A stretch of 64,000 bases of DNA. Origin: Podarcis erhardii (lineage: Eukaryota). The notes under the pieces are model-generated. The model worked only from the letters and a program-made list of their open reading frames with translations. It was not told the origin of the DNA and did not search any database. Below are positions 13,671 to 24,975 of the stretch, piece by piece (position 1 is the stretch's first letter; each line of letters opens with the position of its first letter). The translations under genes were made by a program, and so were the position numbers. The stretch lies in NCBI GenBank assembly GCA_964252035.1, contig OZ176202.1; one strand, 5' to 3'.

Positions 13671-14800
13671 TACAGAAAAATCAACAAGGAAAACCCACTC
13701 ATAACAACCAACAATCCCCCTCCTCACACCCACCCACAAACACCACAGTAATAATTCCAACACAACCAAGCCCCAAAGTCCTTTTCAGAAAGTCAAATCT
13801 TTACCGGCAGCCTAATACACCTCAGAATCCCATACTGATTCAATTCTGTGTTTGATGCTCCTATATATCACAAGGTGTATGTATGTTTACATATATTTGC
13901 ATCAGCTGCTGTTTCAGTTTTGTTTTTTGCCCACAGGTTTCTGAAACAGGAAGTGAGACCAGTTGTGGGGTGCGGGGAGGGGGTGGAATGGGAGAACCAG
14001 CTGTGGGGTAGTAAAAGCAGTGTCTCAGTCATTACTTCCTGCAATTCCAAGAACTGAATGCCATACGCTGTCAAATTAAGTCAACTACTGTAGTAAGGCT
14101 AATGTGGAATGCATTGTGCAGGATCAGACCCCCATGGGCTCAGATAGTACAAGCACTCTCATCACACCCAGGCTTACCCTCCATGGTTCTGTAGTTTTAA
14201 TTCGCTAGGGTAGTACGATGAGGTTGATACTAGGAAAAACTCCCTAACTCTAATTACAGTGCAACAATGAATTGTTCTGCCTAGGGAAGTACTGCTATTT
14301 TCTCCCTTGAATTTACCAGCATATACTGGATGGGCATCCGTCTTGGATGCTTTAGGATATCCTGTCACAGGAATGACATACTGGGTTCCTTCCAACTCTG
14401 TGGGTATGTCTGAACTAGAGTCTCTGTGGGTTACTTAATTTCATTTTTTAATTTGTTCTTCAACATGTCCCACCCGTCAGTTCTTGCCGCACTGCTCTTT
14501 GAACATTTAAGGGGCAAAGAGCAACAGGGAATCAATGCGGGCAAAAAGAGCGGGGCAGGTGAGCGGACAGGCGGAGGAGGAATACAATAATTTTAAAACA
14601 TTACTTTAATGCAACAGGAAAATTAGTCACGGTGGAGTGAAGTAGACGTGGAATACTTTTTGGGTGTTTACTGCGATTTCCAAAACCTCTGTCCCAGGTT
14701 TCTTTCACACTGAGCTTTGAAGCAGTTTGACAGCAAGCAAGAGTAAGTGGAAAGACATTTTGTGGTTCCCTTAGCATAGTATTTTTTATTTGTAAATCTC

Positions 14801-14933
14801 TACCCTGTGAGGTAGGCTAAGCCGAGAGGCAGTGACTGGCCCAAGGTCACCCAGTGAGCTTCATGGCCAAATAGGGATTTGAAACCTGGTCTCCCAGGTC
14901 CTAGTCCGGCACTCTAACTACCACACCACACTG
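14801..14933 (+). mobile_element. MIR/L2-tail-like SINE fragment
   Basis: CCCTGTGAGGTAGG...GGCCCAAGGTCACCCAGTGAGCTTCATGG...GGATTTGAAACC; related copies at about 40705-40890 and 51530-51720. Confidence 0.58.
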
Positions 14934-15095
14934 ACCCTGTATGTTTGGCATCTGATTGTGTTTTCCTTTCCAGAAATTATGACGACAAATAAAACTGAGA
15001 ATTGAGGACTTTAGCTCAATGCAATAAGACATTTCTCTGAAATTCTCAGGTCCCCTCCCACTTCAATCTTTTCAGGCTACAAGAGCATCACTTAC

Positions 15096-15235
15096 CTTCA
15101 ATGACTGCAGAGAGTCTGCATTTGTATCACAGTAGAGGATAATATTGTTGGCCATGCTGAAACTCTCTCGGACTCCCAGGTGATAGAAGAGGGAGGGCTG
15201 GCGGAAAGCGTCACTCATCTCCACCACTGCAATAT
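15096..15235 (-). CDS. MAP3K5: MAP3K5 coding exon 2 (140 nt)
   Basis: (D)IAVVEMSDAFRQPSLFYHLGVRESFSMANNIILYCDTNADSLQSLK; TTGCAG acceptor and GTAAG donor; frame continues from exon 1. Confidence 0.97.
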
Positions 15236-16387
15236 CTGCAAGGAAGAGCAAAAGATATGCTTGTCAGTCTTAGTTTTAAAATTCCAGCCCTGCAAATATA
15301 TTTTCAATTAACCTGATGGCTTTTCTCAGCAACCATCAAAGGTAGCTGCTGTCCTGGAGAACAGAAGTTGCTTTTAAAGCCAATTCCAAAACCAGTAACT
15401 AGAAAATGAACTACAGTGATGAAATGAAAAAGAACTTGCAACATTTTTTTTGCTATGGAACAACAGATCTAAGCTTTTGTTCCAACAAGGCTGTACTTTA
15501 AGGGGAAATGGCAGAAGAGAAGGGATTTCCTCTTTGAAATAAATAAATAATTGATTCTTGAGGACTCTTCTAGTAGTGGTTCCTCATTGCAGCACTGGCA
15601 GCACATCTGTGAGCTATGGACAATTCAAATATTTTGCGTTTATGGGTTCCACCTTTAAAGTGTTCTCATACAACAGGGAAGCATTATGCGGCTTTTATAA
15701 CTTTCCGTTAACAGAGCCATTAGATTCCTGGCTGTTCACAGTATTTCACTCCATGGTCTACCAGATTCCACATAATGCTTCCACATAAAATAAAGTCAAA
15801 TCATTTTCTTTAAAAGTCGTTCCACATCACCTCATCTACCAAAGAACCCTGTGCATTAAAGAAGATTCTGGGACATGCCATAAGGTGTGCAGACAGTTCA
15901 CATACAGAACTGGCCTGGCTTCCTGGGCATCATCCTTCCGATGCATGAAAAAAGAGTAAAACCTTAGAACGAACACTCTGTGCAATTTCACATTACAGGG
16001 AAAGATCAATGATAGAGGAAAATCATATTTCAGAAAAACTTGTCTGCCTTTGAATAACTTGCAATGAGTTTCAAAATTTACCAGAACACAGACTGATATA
16101 CCAATATACAATTTTTTCCCCTTTCCCAGAACATTTTTGTGATTGGTTACATGCAGGTTCTCATCCTAGAGAACTGAAATGTTTCTTGGATTAGATATTT
16201 ATAAATTAAACATCCTAGAACTCTGGAACCCTTTAGCCATCCTCTCCTTTGGTGATCTGATAATTTACACCAGCCATACAGTGTAAATTGCAAGCAATAT
16301 GTAGGAGTAATAGTAAATGATAAGGATACATATTCATCACTTTAGAGTCATGATTTGTATGTTTACAACTTATTTATGAAGAGCTGC

Positions 16388-16975
16388 TGTCAGGGCTGGA
16401 GCCAAGAGCAGGTCAGAAAGCAAGAAGCAGAGTTTGTCAGTGAAGTTAACTATTAAAAGAAATAGCATACAACTCAGCAACACTTCCCAGCAAGTACTGC
16501 CCCTATGGAGCAGTGGCCAGGACTGATGGTCCCTGCCTTCAACCCCCTCTAAGGCCCCTCCTCTGCCAGATGTTTCCAAAGCAGTCTCAAACTGCTGTAG
16601 GGGTACCTTTAATCTCTGCTCCACTCTATGCATCATCCCGTATGGCCTTGATACAAGGGGTGAGGGGAGCTTGTTGCGGTTTACAACACCTGGGAGACAG
16701 ACTCCTGGGATTATTCTGCAGCCTCTAGGCACCCCTTCTCTGCTTCAGCCTCTGAGTCTGAACTACTCCCTGTCACAGGCTCTTCTTGCTCACTAAATCC
16801 CATTGCCTCTTCAGCACCCAATAACTCCCTCCACTCCTTGCCCTCTGACCTCTTGTCAGTGTCCCACCACCAATCTTCTGGCTTTGAGTCTTCCTCCTCT
16901 GGGGTGTCCCTTGGGAGTTCCCTGGCTGGTGTCTGCCACCACTCCTTGTCATCCAGCTAATCCCTCATAGTTACA
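16388..16975 (-). mobile_element. Possible solo LTR
   Basis: TG...CA termini; on the minus strand a purine-rich GAGGAGGAAGACTCAAAGCC segment and AT-rich 3' part resembling lizard Gypsy-like LTRs; no target duplication found. Confidence 0.4.
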
Positions 16976-17071
16976 TAAATTTCAGAAAGCTGAATTAAAT
17001 GCAAGATTCCACATCTCAAAAGCAACAAACTAATCCAGAGGTATCTTTTATCAGAGAAAGTAACTATAGAT

Positions 17072-17330
17072 CAGAGGTAGGCAACCTAAGACCCGGGGGC
17101 CAGATGCAGCCCAATCGCCTTCTCAATCTGGCCCGCAGACGGTCCGGGAATCAGCATGTTTTTACATGAGTAGAATGTGTCCTTTTTTAAAATAAAATAA
17201 AATATGCATCTCTGGGTATTTGTGGGGCATAGGAATTCATTCATATTTTTCCCCAAAATATAGTCTGGCCCACCACATGGTCTGAGGGACAGTGGACTGG
17301 CCTACAGTTTAAAAAGGTTGCTGACCCCTG
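17072..17330. mobile_element. hAT-type MITE
   Basis: CAGAGGTAGGCAACCT ... AGGTTGCTGACCCCTG with a perfect 8-bp target duplication CTATAGAT. Confidence 0.87.
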
Positions 17331-17384
17331 CTATAGATAGTAGTCTTCCTACTTCTGCCTCCACAATAGTTTCTGAATACCAGT

Positions 17385-17530
17385 TGTTGAAAACTACAGG
17401 AGGAAGAGTGTTCTTATGCTTGAGTCCTGCTTCTGGGCTTCCCATGGACATCTGGTTGGCCACTGTGAGGACAGAATGATGGACCAAATGGGCTACTGGC
17501 CTGATCCAGCAGGCTCTCCTTGTGTTCTTA
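17385..17530 (+). mobile_element. CR1 LINE 3' end
   Basis: GGCCACTGTGAGGACAGAATGATGGACC...GGCCTGATCCAGCAGGCTCTCCTTGTGTTCTTA. Confidence 0.62.
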
Positions 17531-18544
17531 TACCATATGTATTGTCTTTCTCTTTACATTATAGTAATTACTTCTAAATCTGCATTTGCTTTTTTCGTGA
17601 TACGTGTTCTCCTTTTGGGCAAGGCATAAGTGGTCTCTCTAGCTGCACTCCTGTCAGTCTATCAGCTTCACCAGAGGTGAATTCACAAAGAACATCATTA
17701 GAAGTATCTTGGATTCTCTTGTGTGGCCACACTCACGTTACAGGACTGGTTGGTTTTAAAATAGTGAAAGGTGTTGTCTCTGGGTAGGCTATCTACCACA
17801 AACCTGTACTGTAGGTTAACATTTACTGCATATGCCTCAGTGCCATAATTCTCCTTAGTAACGTAGCTAGCTTTGCGTTATTATTAAAGCAAGCAACCTT
17901 CTGCTCCTACAGCATCATAAAAAGGCAACATAGAAGACGTGTCTTTTCTCGTGAACATGCCATCTGCCTTTCTCACCCACAACACTTCCTTCCCCTAACC
18001 ATTCAGTAAATTGTGCTGATTTTTCAAAGGAAAAAAGTGGGGGAGAATCTGTAAAGAGTTTCTCAGAATCTAATAAGCAAATGGATATTTTCAGTTGTTA
18101 AAAATAGAGTAATATTTTGTTTTCAACACTATTTCTATCTATAAAGTTAGAGACACTTCTACTGACAATTCAAGAGTAGAAAGTAAAGTGCCGTTAGTAA
18201 TACTTGTTAGATTAAGTAATTATTTTTAAAAAACAACCCTCAAACATTTAATTGACTGAAGAGTGCACCCTAATAACCAGTCAGTAGAACATTTATACCT
18301 TTTTAATGCCAGGGCTTATAAAAACTGCAGATGGCAAACACTAAGAGGCATCTCCCCTGTTCTCCCACATAGGATGGATCTTCTAGGATGATCTGACACA
18401 AAACATGAACACATAATTTGAAAACTATATTTCTTGCTTCTGAAATATTGTTTTTAACCATACGCAAATTTAATGAATGGGTTAATTTTAAAAACCTCAT
18501 ATAACCTAAACTTTATGTTCATTTGTAAGCACAGCTTGTATCCA

Positions 18545-18808
18545 CCAAGAGCCATGCATTCAGTATTGTGGGCCCAATTCTGTGGAACTGCCTCCCAACT
18601 GAGATCAGGTAGACCCTCTCCCTGTTGAACTTCACCTAGTGAAATCCTATTTCATCGGGCATTTAAGTACGTTTTCTTATTTTTCTAGTTAGTTTTAACT
18701 GGTTTTATCTTTGTAGTGTCTTTTAAACCTGACTTTACACCATGCACAGACTAAGGTGTTAAGCAGTATTTAAGTTGTTGAAATAATAAATAAATAAATA
18801 AATAATAA
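18545..18808 (+). mobile_element. L2 LINE 3' end with (AAAT)n tail
   Basis: CTGTGGAACTGCCTCCCAACTGAGATCAGG... ending in AATAAATAAATAAATAAAT. Confidence 0.58.
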
Positions 18809-18825
18809 CTAAGGTAACAGCAAGA

Positions 18826-18918
18826 GCCTGGAGTATAACAGTTGGTAGAGCATAAGACCCTTAATCTCAGAGTTGTGGTTCAAACCCCACACTGGGCAAA
18901 ATATTCCTTCACTGCAGG
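18826..18918 (+). mobile_element. Degenerate head of the tRNA(Lys)-derived SINE
   Basis: CAGTTGGTAGAGCATAAGACCCTTAATCTCAGAGTTGTGGTTCAAACCCCAC, same family as 55713-55858. Confidence 0.58.
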
Positions 18919-19469
18919 TTGATTATTATTTTCTGTTGCCTTTTGTAGCGTTCTGCTTTAAATGATGTATTTTTTCAATTTTAACCACCATGGGGTTCTG
19001 TGACAGGAAGGGGTAGGTTATAAGAAACAAGGAGACTGGCTTCATTCTGGCTTAAGGTTTTAGTCTTTTGTATAGACACTGTGAACAATTCTATGCATCT
19101 TTACTCAGAATTAAGTTACAGCGGGCCCAGTGAAGATTATTTGTAGGTAGATGTTCATGAGATAGCAGCCCACGTCTCTTAGGAGATAGCACCACAATCA
19201 TGAATAATTCTGTGTTTTGTTTTTACAGCAGTCTTGTAAATAAAAACTCTGAGGAAGATCACATAAATTCCCTCAAGTTCTCTCAGATGAGAGGATGTAC
19301 TTCACAGCAAAATAAATAAATAAATAAAAATCATTAAATTATGGAACTCACTACCACAAACTGTAGGGGTACAAAACAAATTCATGGAGGAGCAAGCTAT
19401 CAATGGCTACTAGCCCTGCCAGTTGTATACCACTTCCAGTATTGGAGGCAGTATGCCTCTGCATGCTAC

Positions 19470-19622
19470 TTGTTGGAGAATACAAGTGGGGACGGGGCTG
19501 TTGCATTCATGTCCTGCTTGTGGATTTCCCATACTGGTTGGCCACTGGTAGCCAGTGATTGGCCACTGTGAGAACAGGATGCTGGACTAGATAGGCCTTT
19601 GGTCTGGGGACTTATGTTCTTA
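19470..19622 (+). mobile_element. CR1 LINE 3' end
   Basis: GGCCACTGTGAGAACAGGATGCTGGACTAGATAGGCC...TTATGTTCTTA. Confidence 0.58.
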
Positions 19623-22600
19623 AATATGCCTTGAATGGATTTCAGAACATAAAGCTTACAGCCCAATTCTATGCACCGATGGCCACTGTTTTCTATCATA
19701 TTATAATATGATAAGCGCTGTAGTAAGAAGGGTGAACACCCACTATGACAAACTTTGCACTTAGCTTAAATCAATACTATTAATCACTAAGGTGAATTAC
19801 CAAAGTTGAAGTGCTCTCATTGTTCTTTGCCATGTAAGCAGCCCAAGAACCAAATGATTACTTCCCATTTAACTATACACTCCTGTTTGCCTCCTAAGGG
19901 ATTTCATTTAATTTCATACAGGACAAATGAACTGGATCTATAAATGAGCCAGACCAATTTCCAATTGAGCTACATCATGGATTTTCTGGTAGTACTGATA
20001 GGACAGCTTCTCATGCTAATACAATCAAATATTTCTTCACTTTCCCTCTAGCTGGGCTCTGTGGTGAAAGGTGATTAGCAGAACATTAGCCCCTTGAAAC
20101 TGAAAGGGGGCTAATGATGCATTTCTTTTCACTGTAGTCTTTTAGCAAACACAATAAATCTGTTACCCATTTGTGGTATACCAAGCACATCAAACGGTCT
20201 GATAAAAGAGCAGAATAGATAGAGACAGGAAGACAAAAGTAACAGCTGTATGTCTATTAAGTTCCATTTCCACCAACACCCATCATTAAAACAAACAGGC
20301 AACAGCTTTATCAATCATAGTGATGTCTAGAGTTGAAACAACTACACCTGAAACAGAAAGAAATGAGATACTAAACAGCTTGCCTAATTCACTGCCTACT
20401 GGGCTCTACATACTTCACAAGGTCAAATGTGAGCAATGATTAACAAACCTAAATACCAGACCTTCACATGGCCTATCAGATATACCGACTATGAAAAAGA
20501 TATACTTCTCAGGGGGTGGGGGTTATAAATCCCATTCCTAGAAGTTTATCTACAGAAGCGTTCAGGTTGGTTTTTATTTTAAACAAACCGCTTATGTATA
20601 GTACAAATACTTAAGAAAGAACACTGAGAACTGTAAGACTGGTCCACAGTATCATTGGAATTATCCAACCAGACTACAATATCTCTTTTATTTATTAACA
20701 AATAAAACCTTTGTTATGAGAAAACTCAGCTGAGCAATACAAATAACAATAAAAACAAGAAAGTCAGTGAAATACAGACATGAGCATGAAGAAGAAATTA
20801 AAAAGGGGGAACCCACAGAGGATGCTTCACATGTTTGGCTTGGGCAATTGGCAATATCAGTGAGGTTTATTTTTGTTTAAAGCCCAATGAGATCCAGAGT
20901 TAAGAATGCTTGTAAGAAGTCTTTCAATAAGTGCCTTTGTGCTCTTTGCATCACTCTAGGAATCAGTGCTTAAAGGTTATAAGGCACTTCAGATTATATC
21001 TATGAGCACTGCAACAAGATTTAGTCATGGTATTACTGGTATGCATATGATAATTGCAACTACCACCTACTAGCTCAGGAAGTGCTGAAGTTTCTTATAA
21101 ACCTAGCATGTATGTGAAATATTCATCAGGGGTAGGAAAGCAATAATAAACTGATCAAATCACACAGGAGCAGTTCCACCAGTATGAGATTATTGCTGGA
21201 GGGTCATGGGAAGCAGAAATACCATTAAAGGTGACTGCATCACTCAGTTTGATTTGTTCTCAAAATTAAAAATCGACTTGAATTGAAGCAACCAGATAAC
21301 AAGGCAACAGGGTTTCACCATGTGAGTGTAGCTACCTGGGTCTGTTTGTCCCTGTCCAACCCCTGCATTTAGAATTCTCAAAGCCCATTGGCTACCTGTT
21401 ACTTTTGGGTGTTAAGAGTGCTAGGGGAGGGGCAGTTACTTCCCCTTCCTTCCCACAAAGGCAAACACAATACAGTAGCTATCTTTACTGAGAGGAGCAC
21501 TCACTGGAAGCCTGCTGCCTGCTTATTGGAGCCAAACAAGTGCTCCTATGTTTCAGTTCATTAGTCTTTGTTATTCAGATGAGGTAGCTTGGGGGGGGGG
21601 TTAGCTTTTACTGAAGGAGTTGAGTTTTCCCAAGAGAAAAAATGATTTGGGAATCTGAATGTGAGGTAAGAGTGCTACAATTCAGCCCATCAATATTTCA
21701 GACAACTATCTTGACTGTGGTTTGTCAATGGTAGAAAACAAGGTACTAACTTTGTACTTAGGATTGTAATGTCTGGTTTCCTGTTAGTGTCTAAGGAACT
21801 CAGTGCTTTTCTAAAAGGATGGATTCCAAGGCTTGCCTAAATTATTATTATTATTATTATTATTATTGATTGGCCGGTTACTGACTCACCTTTTATACAT
21901 ATTTCAAAGTGATTTAGAAACATATAATAAAAGCAATTATAATTTTTTAAAAAAACAGTACAAAACACAACTATATACAAGTTTAAAAACAATACAAAAC
22001 GATCACCTAGAGACTTTTCATCCTGTTAGAAAAAATTGCTGAAACAAAAATGTCTTCAACACTGATGCACATCCTATTCTTCCTTCCCTGGGAAATGTTC
22101 TCAGTAAAATCAGACATGTAGAAGCAAGTTGAGATTTCTCCACAACACAAGGCCATAGGCTACATTTCCAGGGCAAAATTGTTGCAGTGAAAGTAGATTC
22201 TTCCAATTTTTTATGTTATTTTCTGTGTTATTTTTCTGTACTTGTGGTGATTTTGCTCTTTTGACTTTCCAGTATGAACTAGAAAAGTAATACTGAACTG
22301 TTTTCCAGCTACCAGATTTTTAATCAGTCATTTCTTTATCTGTTCTTTTCTTTTAAGATTCATTTGGAGTCTCAGCTACTGGCTTTTTAATTAGTCGTTC
22401 CTTTCATTTGCATCTATATTACTACTATTACTACTACTACTACTGTTTATTAACTGCTCTTCACAAGCAGGTAGGTCCCAGGGAGAATTAGAACAAACTA
22501 AAATTCAGTATTAAAAACTGTTAAATTATTCACAGGAATAGGTTGGGTCCTGAAAACACACATCTCAGGTGTCAAAGGCCAGAAGTGCATCTTCAGTATT

Positions 22601-22775
22601 CACAGAAAGATGAATAGTGAAGGCGCCAGTTGTGCCTCTGTGGGGAAGGATTTCACAGCTTAGGAGTCACCACAGGGAATCTCCTCTTCTGGCCCATCTC
22701 TCTCCCATCTTCTAAGGGTGATGAGACTACCAAGAGAGTCTTCCTGCTGACGGTAACATATGAGAGGATCTATAG

Positions 22776-23092
22776 CAGGGGTCAGCAAACTTACTGCCAG
22801 CGCCGATCATGCGGCAGGCCAGAGGGTGGGGGAGCAAGTGCCCATATGCATGCGCACACGCTATTTCCGGAAATAGCTTGTGCACATGTGCACGGGCCTC
22901 CTCCAACCCGGATGTGCACCAGAAATAATGCTTGTGCATGCGCACAAGCTATTTCTGGTGCTCCTCTGACCCGGAAGTGGGCAGCCACGCAGTGCAGTGC
23001 TGGTAAAAGCGGGCGGTGGAGGTCGCCGCGGGCCAGATAAATGAGTCCTGCGGGCCTTATCCAGCCCGCGGGCCTTAGTTTGGGGACCCCTG
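22776..23092. mobile_element. hAT-type MITE
   Basis: CAGGGGTCAGCAAACT ... AGTTTGGGGACCCCTG; 8-bp target duplication ATCTATAG/ATCCATAG; internal palindrome GCTATTTCCGGAAATAGC. Confidence 0.87.
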
Positions 23093-24139
23093 ATCCATAG
23101 GGACAGGTATTTGGGGCCTGAGACATTTAGACCTTTAAACACCTTAAATTGCGAGCACCTTAAATCTGGCCTGGAAATGAACTGGCAACCAATGCAGCTG
23201 TTTTAGAACGGAGTTTATATAAGTTCTAAAGGCTAAGAATTTCCATCAGCCCCAGTCAGTGGGGACAATGATTGGGAAAGATGGGAAATGCAGTTCACAA
23301 GACCTGGAAGGCACCATGCTGGTCACCTCAATATCCTTAAGCATTGTGTGTATTTAGTGCCATTTGAGCAGCTCATTATGACAAGGGAATGGAGGATGAC
23401 AGGGCAATGGCCCACCAGCAGTAAAGAGTGGGGGAAGCTGGCTGCCAAGTTCTATTGCCACAAATGCAGCTCATTCCTCTGCCTCTTTGAGTATTTGCAG
23501 CATGAGAAGAGTGGTAGATGCCACCATCAAGAGGCTAGATTTGGCCCAAGGAACTGCGGTAAACTGACTTGTATTCAGTTGTATAGGTGACCAAGATTAA
23601 CTTTGCTGAGTATTTATATTCATGCAAGAGAAGCACATGTGTGAAATTACCAGCATGGCAAACAAGGAGTTATTATGTATGCTACTAGACTAATATTATC
23701 TAACTAGTAATTAAGTTATGTTAAATTGCACTTACGTATCCAATACAGAAAGCGGATATGACTCACCCAAATTAAGATTCTTAACACTCTGCATGAAGGC
23801 TGTCCAACTTTGTAACATGAGATTAAACAAACATGATAAACAGGTTTGCTTTCATTTTTCACTGGTAGTGCCTGATAGCTTCAGCTTGTGACTGCAGTGA
23901 CTTAGTTCTTATTCATTCAGTGTTATAGCCAAAAGGTTCAGGGTATCAAATGTTATTGATATGCAGAGTACACTCACTGAAATCAATCAATATGGCTAAC
24001 TTAGGTCCACTAATTTAAACGGGTCTGCACCAAGTAAACTTAGTTGGATACAAACATTAAATTCAGAGAAAAAACCTATTATTTTACAAAACAGCTTTAT
24101 TAAAAACGAGTAGCTTCATTATTATTTTTGCATTCTAGT

Positions 24140-24234
24140 GCTACAGCAAGCCACTATGAACTTTGACAGCTAGTGATGTCATAATGATGTCATGCGCTTG
24201 ACAGCTGTCAAAGTTCATAGTGGCTTGCTGTAGC
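24140..24234. repeat. Perfect 32-bp inverted repeat with a 31-nt spacer
   Basis: GCTACAGCAAGCCACTATGAACTTTGACAGCT (24140-24171) is the exact reverse complement of 24203-24234. Confidence 0.95.
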
Positions 24235-24744
24235 TGCCAATTAGCTCTCATTAGAGGTTACAGAGACCTCCTTTGAAAACACTCCTTTGAGTACATAGTT
24301 GCAAAAAGCCCATCTGAAGTCTGCAGATTAAAAATGCTCCTTTTGTAGGAAACAATCTTGCCCCAAACTTATATTCATTAAGATGAACGATAAAAACCTC
24401 AGCTTTTAGTTCAGCTTTTAGAGACTAATAGGCTGAGTCATTTTTAAATTGCATGGTTGCTGATTATGTTATTTAGGCATTTTATGAGAGTTCTTGTTTA
24501 CAACATAATTTTATTTTGCCCTATTTTGTTGTACACCACCCTATGACCATTTTTGATGAAGGGTGTTACAGAAACCTTGTAATAAATTTTGTAATAAAAA
24601 TAGGCTCCAGAGTTACAGCAAAAAGAGGCAATTTGTAAAAATTGCTTCTTTCACCTTCCTTTAAGTGCAGCAATGAAACTTCTATGAGTGGGGCAGGGGG
24701 CACAGCCCCTTATATGTAGAGTTTCATGCATATAGCATTGTATC

Positions 24745-24975
24745 ATGTACATTACAGTCCTGCTGGATCAGACCAAAGGCCTCTGCTGGATTAGTCCAGC
24801 ATTCTGTTCCCACAGTGTGAAGCCAGATGCCCCCAAGCAGTACCTGAGTGTGACAGCACCCTCCCACTTGTGATGCCAAGAAACTAGCATTTCCGAGGCA
24901 AGCTTCCTCTGACAGCGGAAGCAATGCATAGCCATCATGACTAGTAGTCATTGATAGCTCAACCCCCATGAATTT
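24745..24975 (-). mobile_element. CR1 LINE 3' end
   Basis: Plus strand CCTGCTGGATCAGACC...AGTCCAGCATTCTGTTCCCACAGTG, the reverse complement of the CR1 tail seen at 17.4 kb. Confidence 0.58.

Noticed and set aside
13338-13769. 143-aa minus-strand ORF
   Set aside because: It spans a Tigger-like MITE and has no transposase motifs.
22630-23142. Overlapping ORFs of 70-136 aa
   Set aside because: They lie across a GC-rich hAT MITE.
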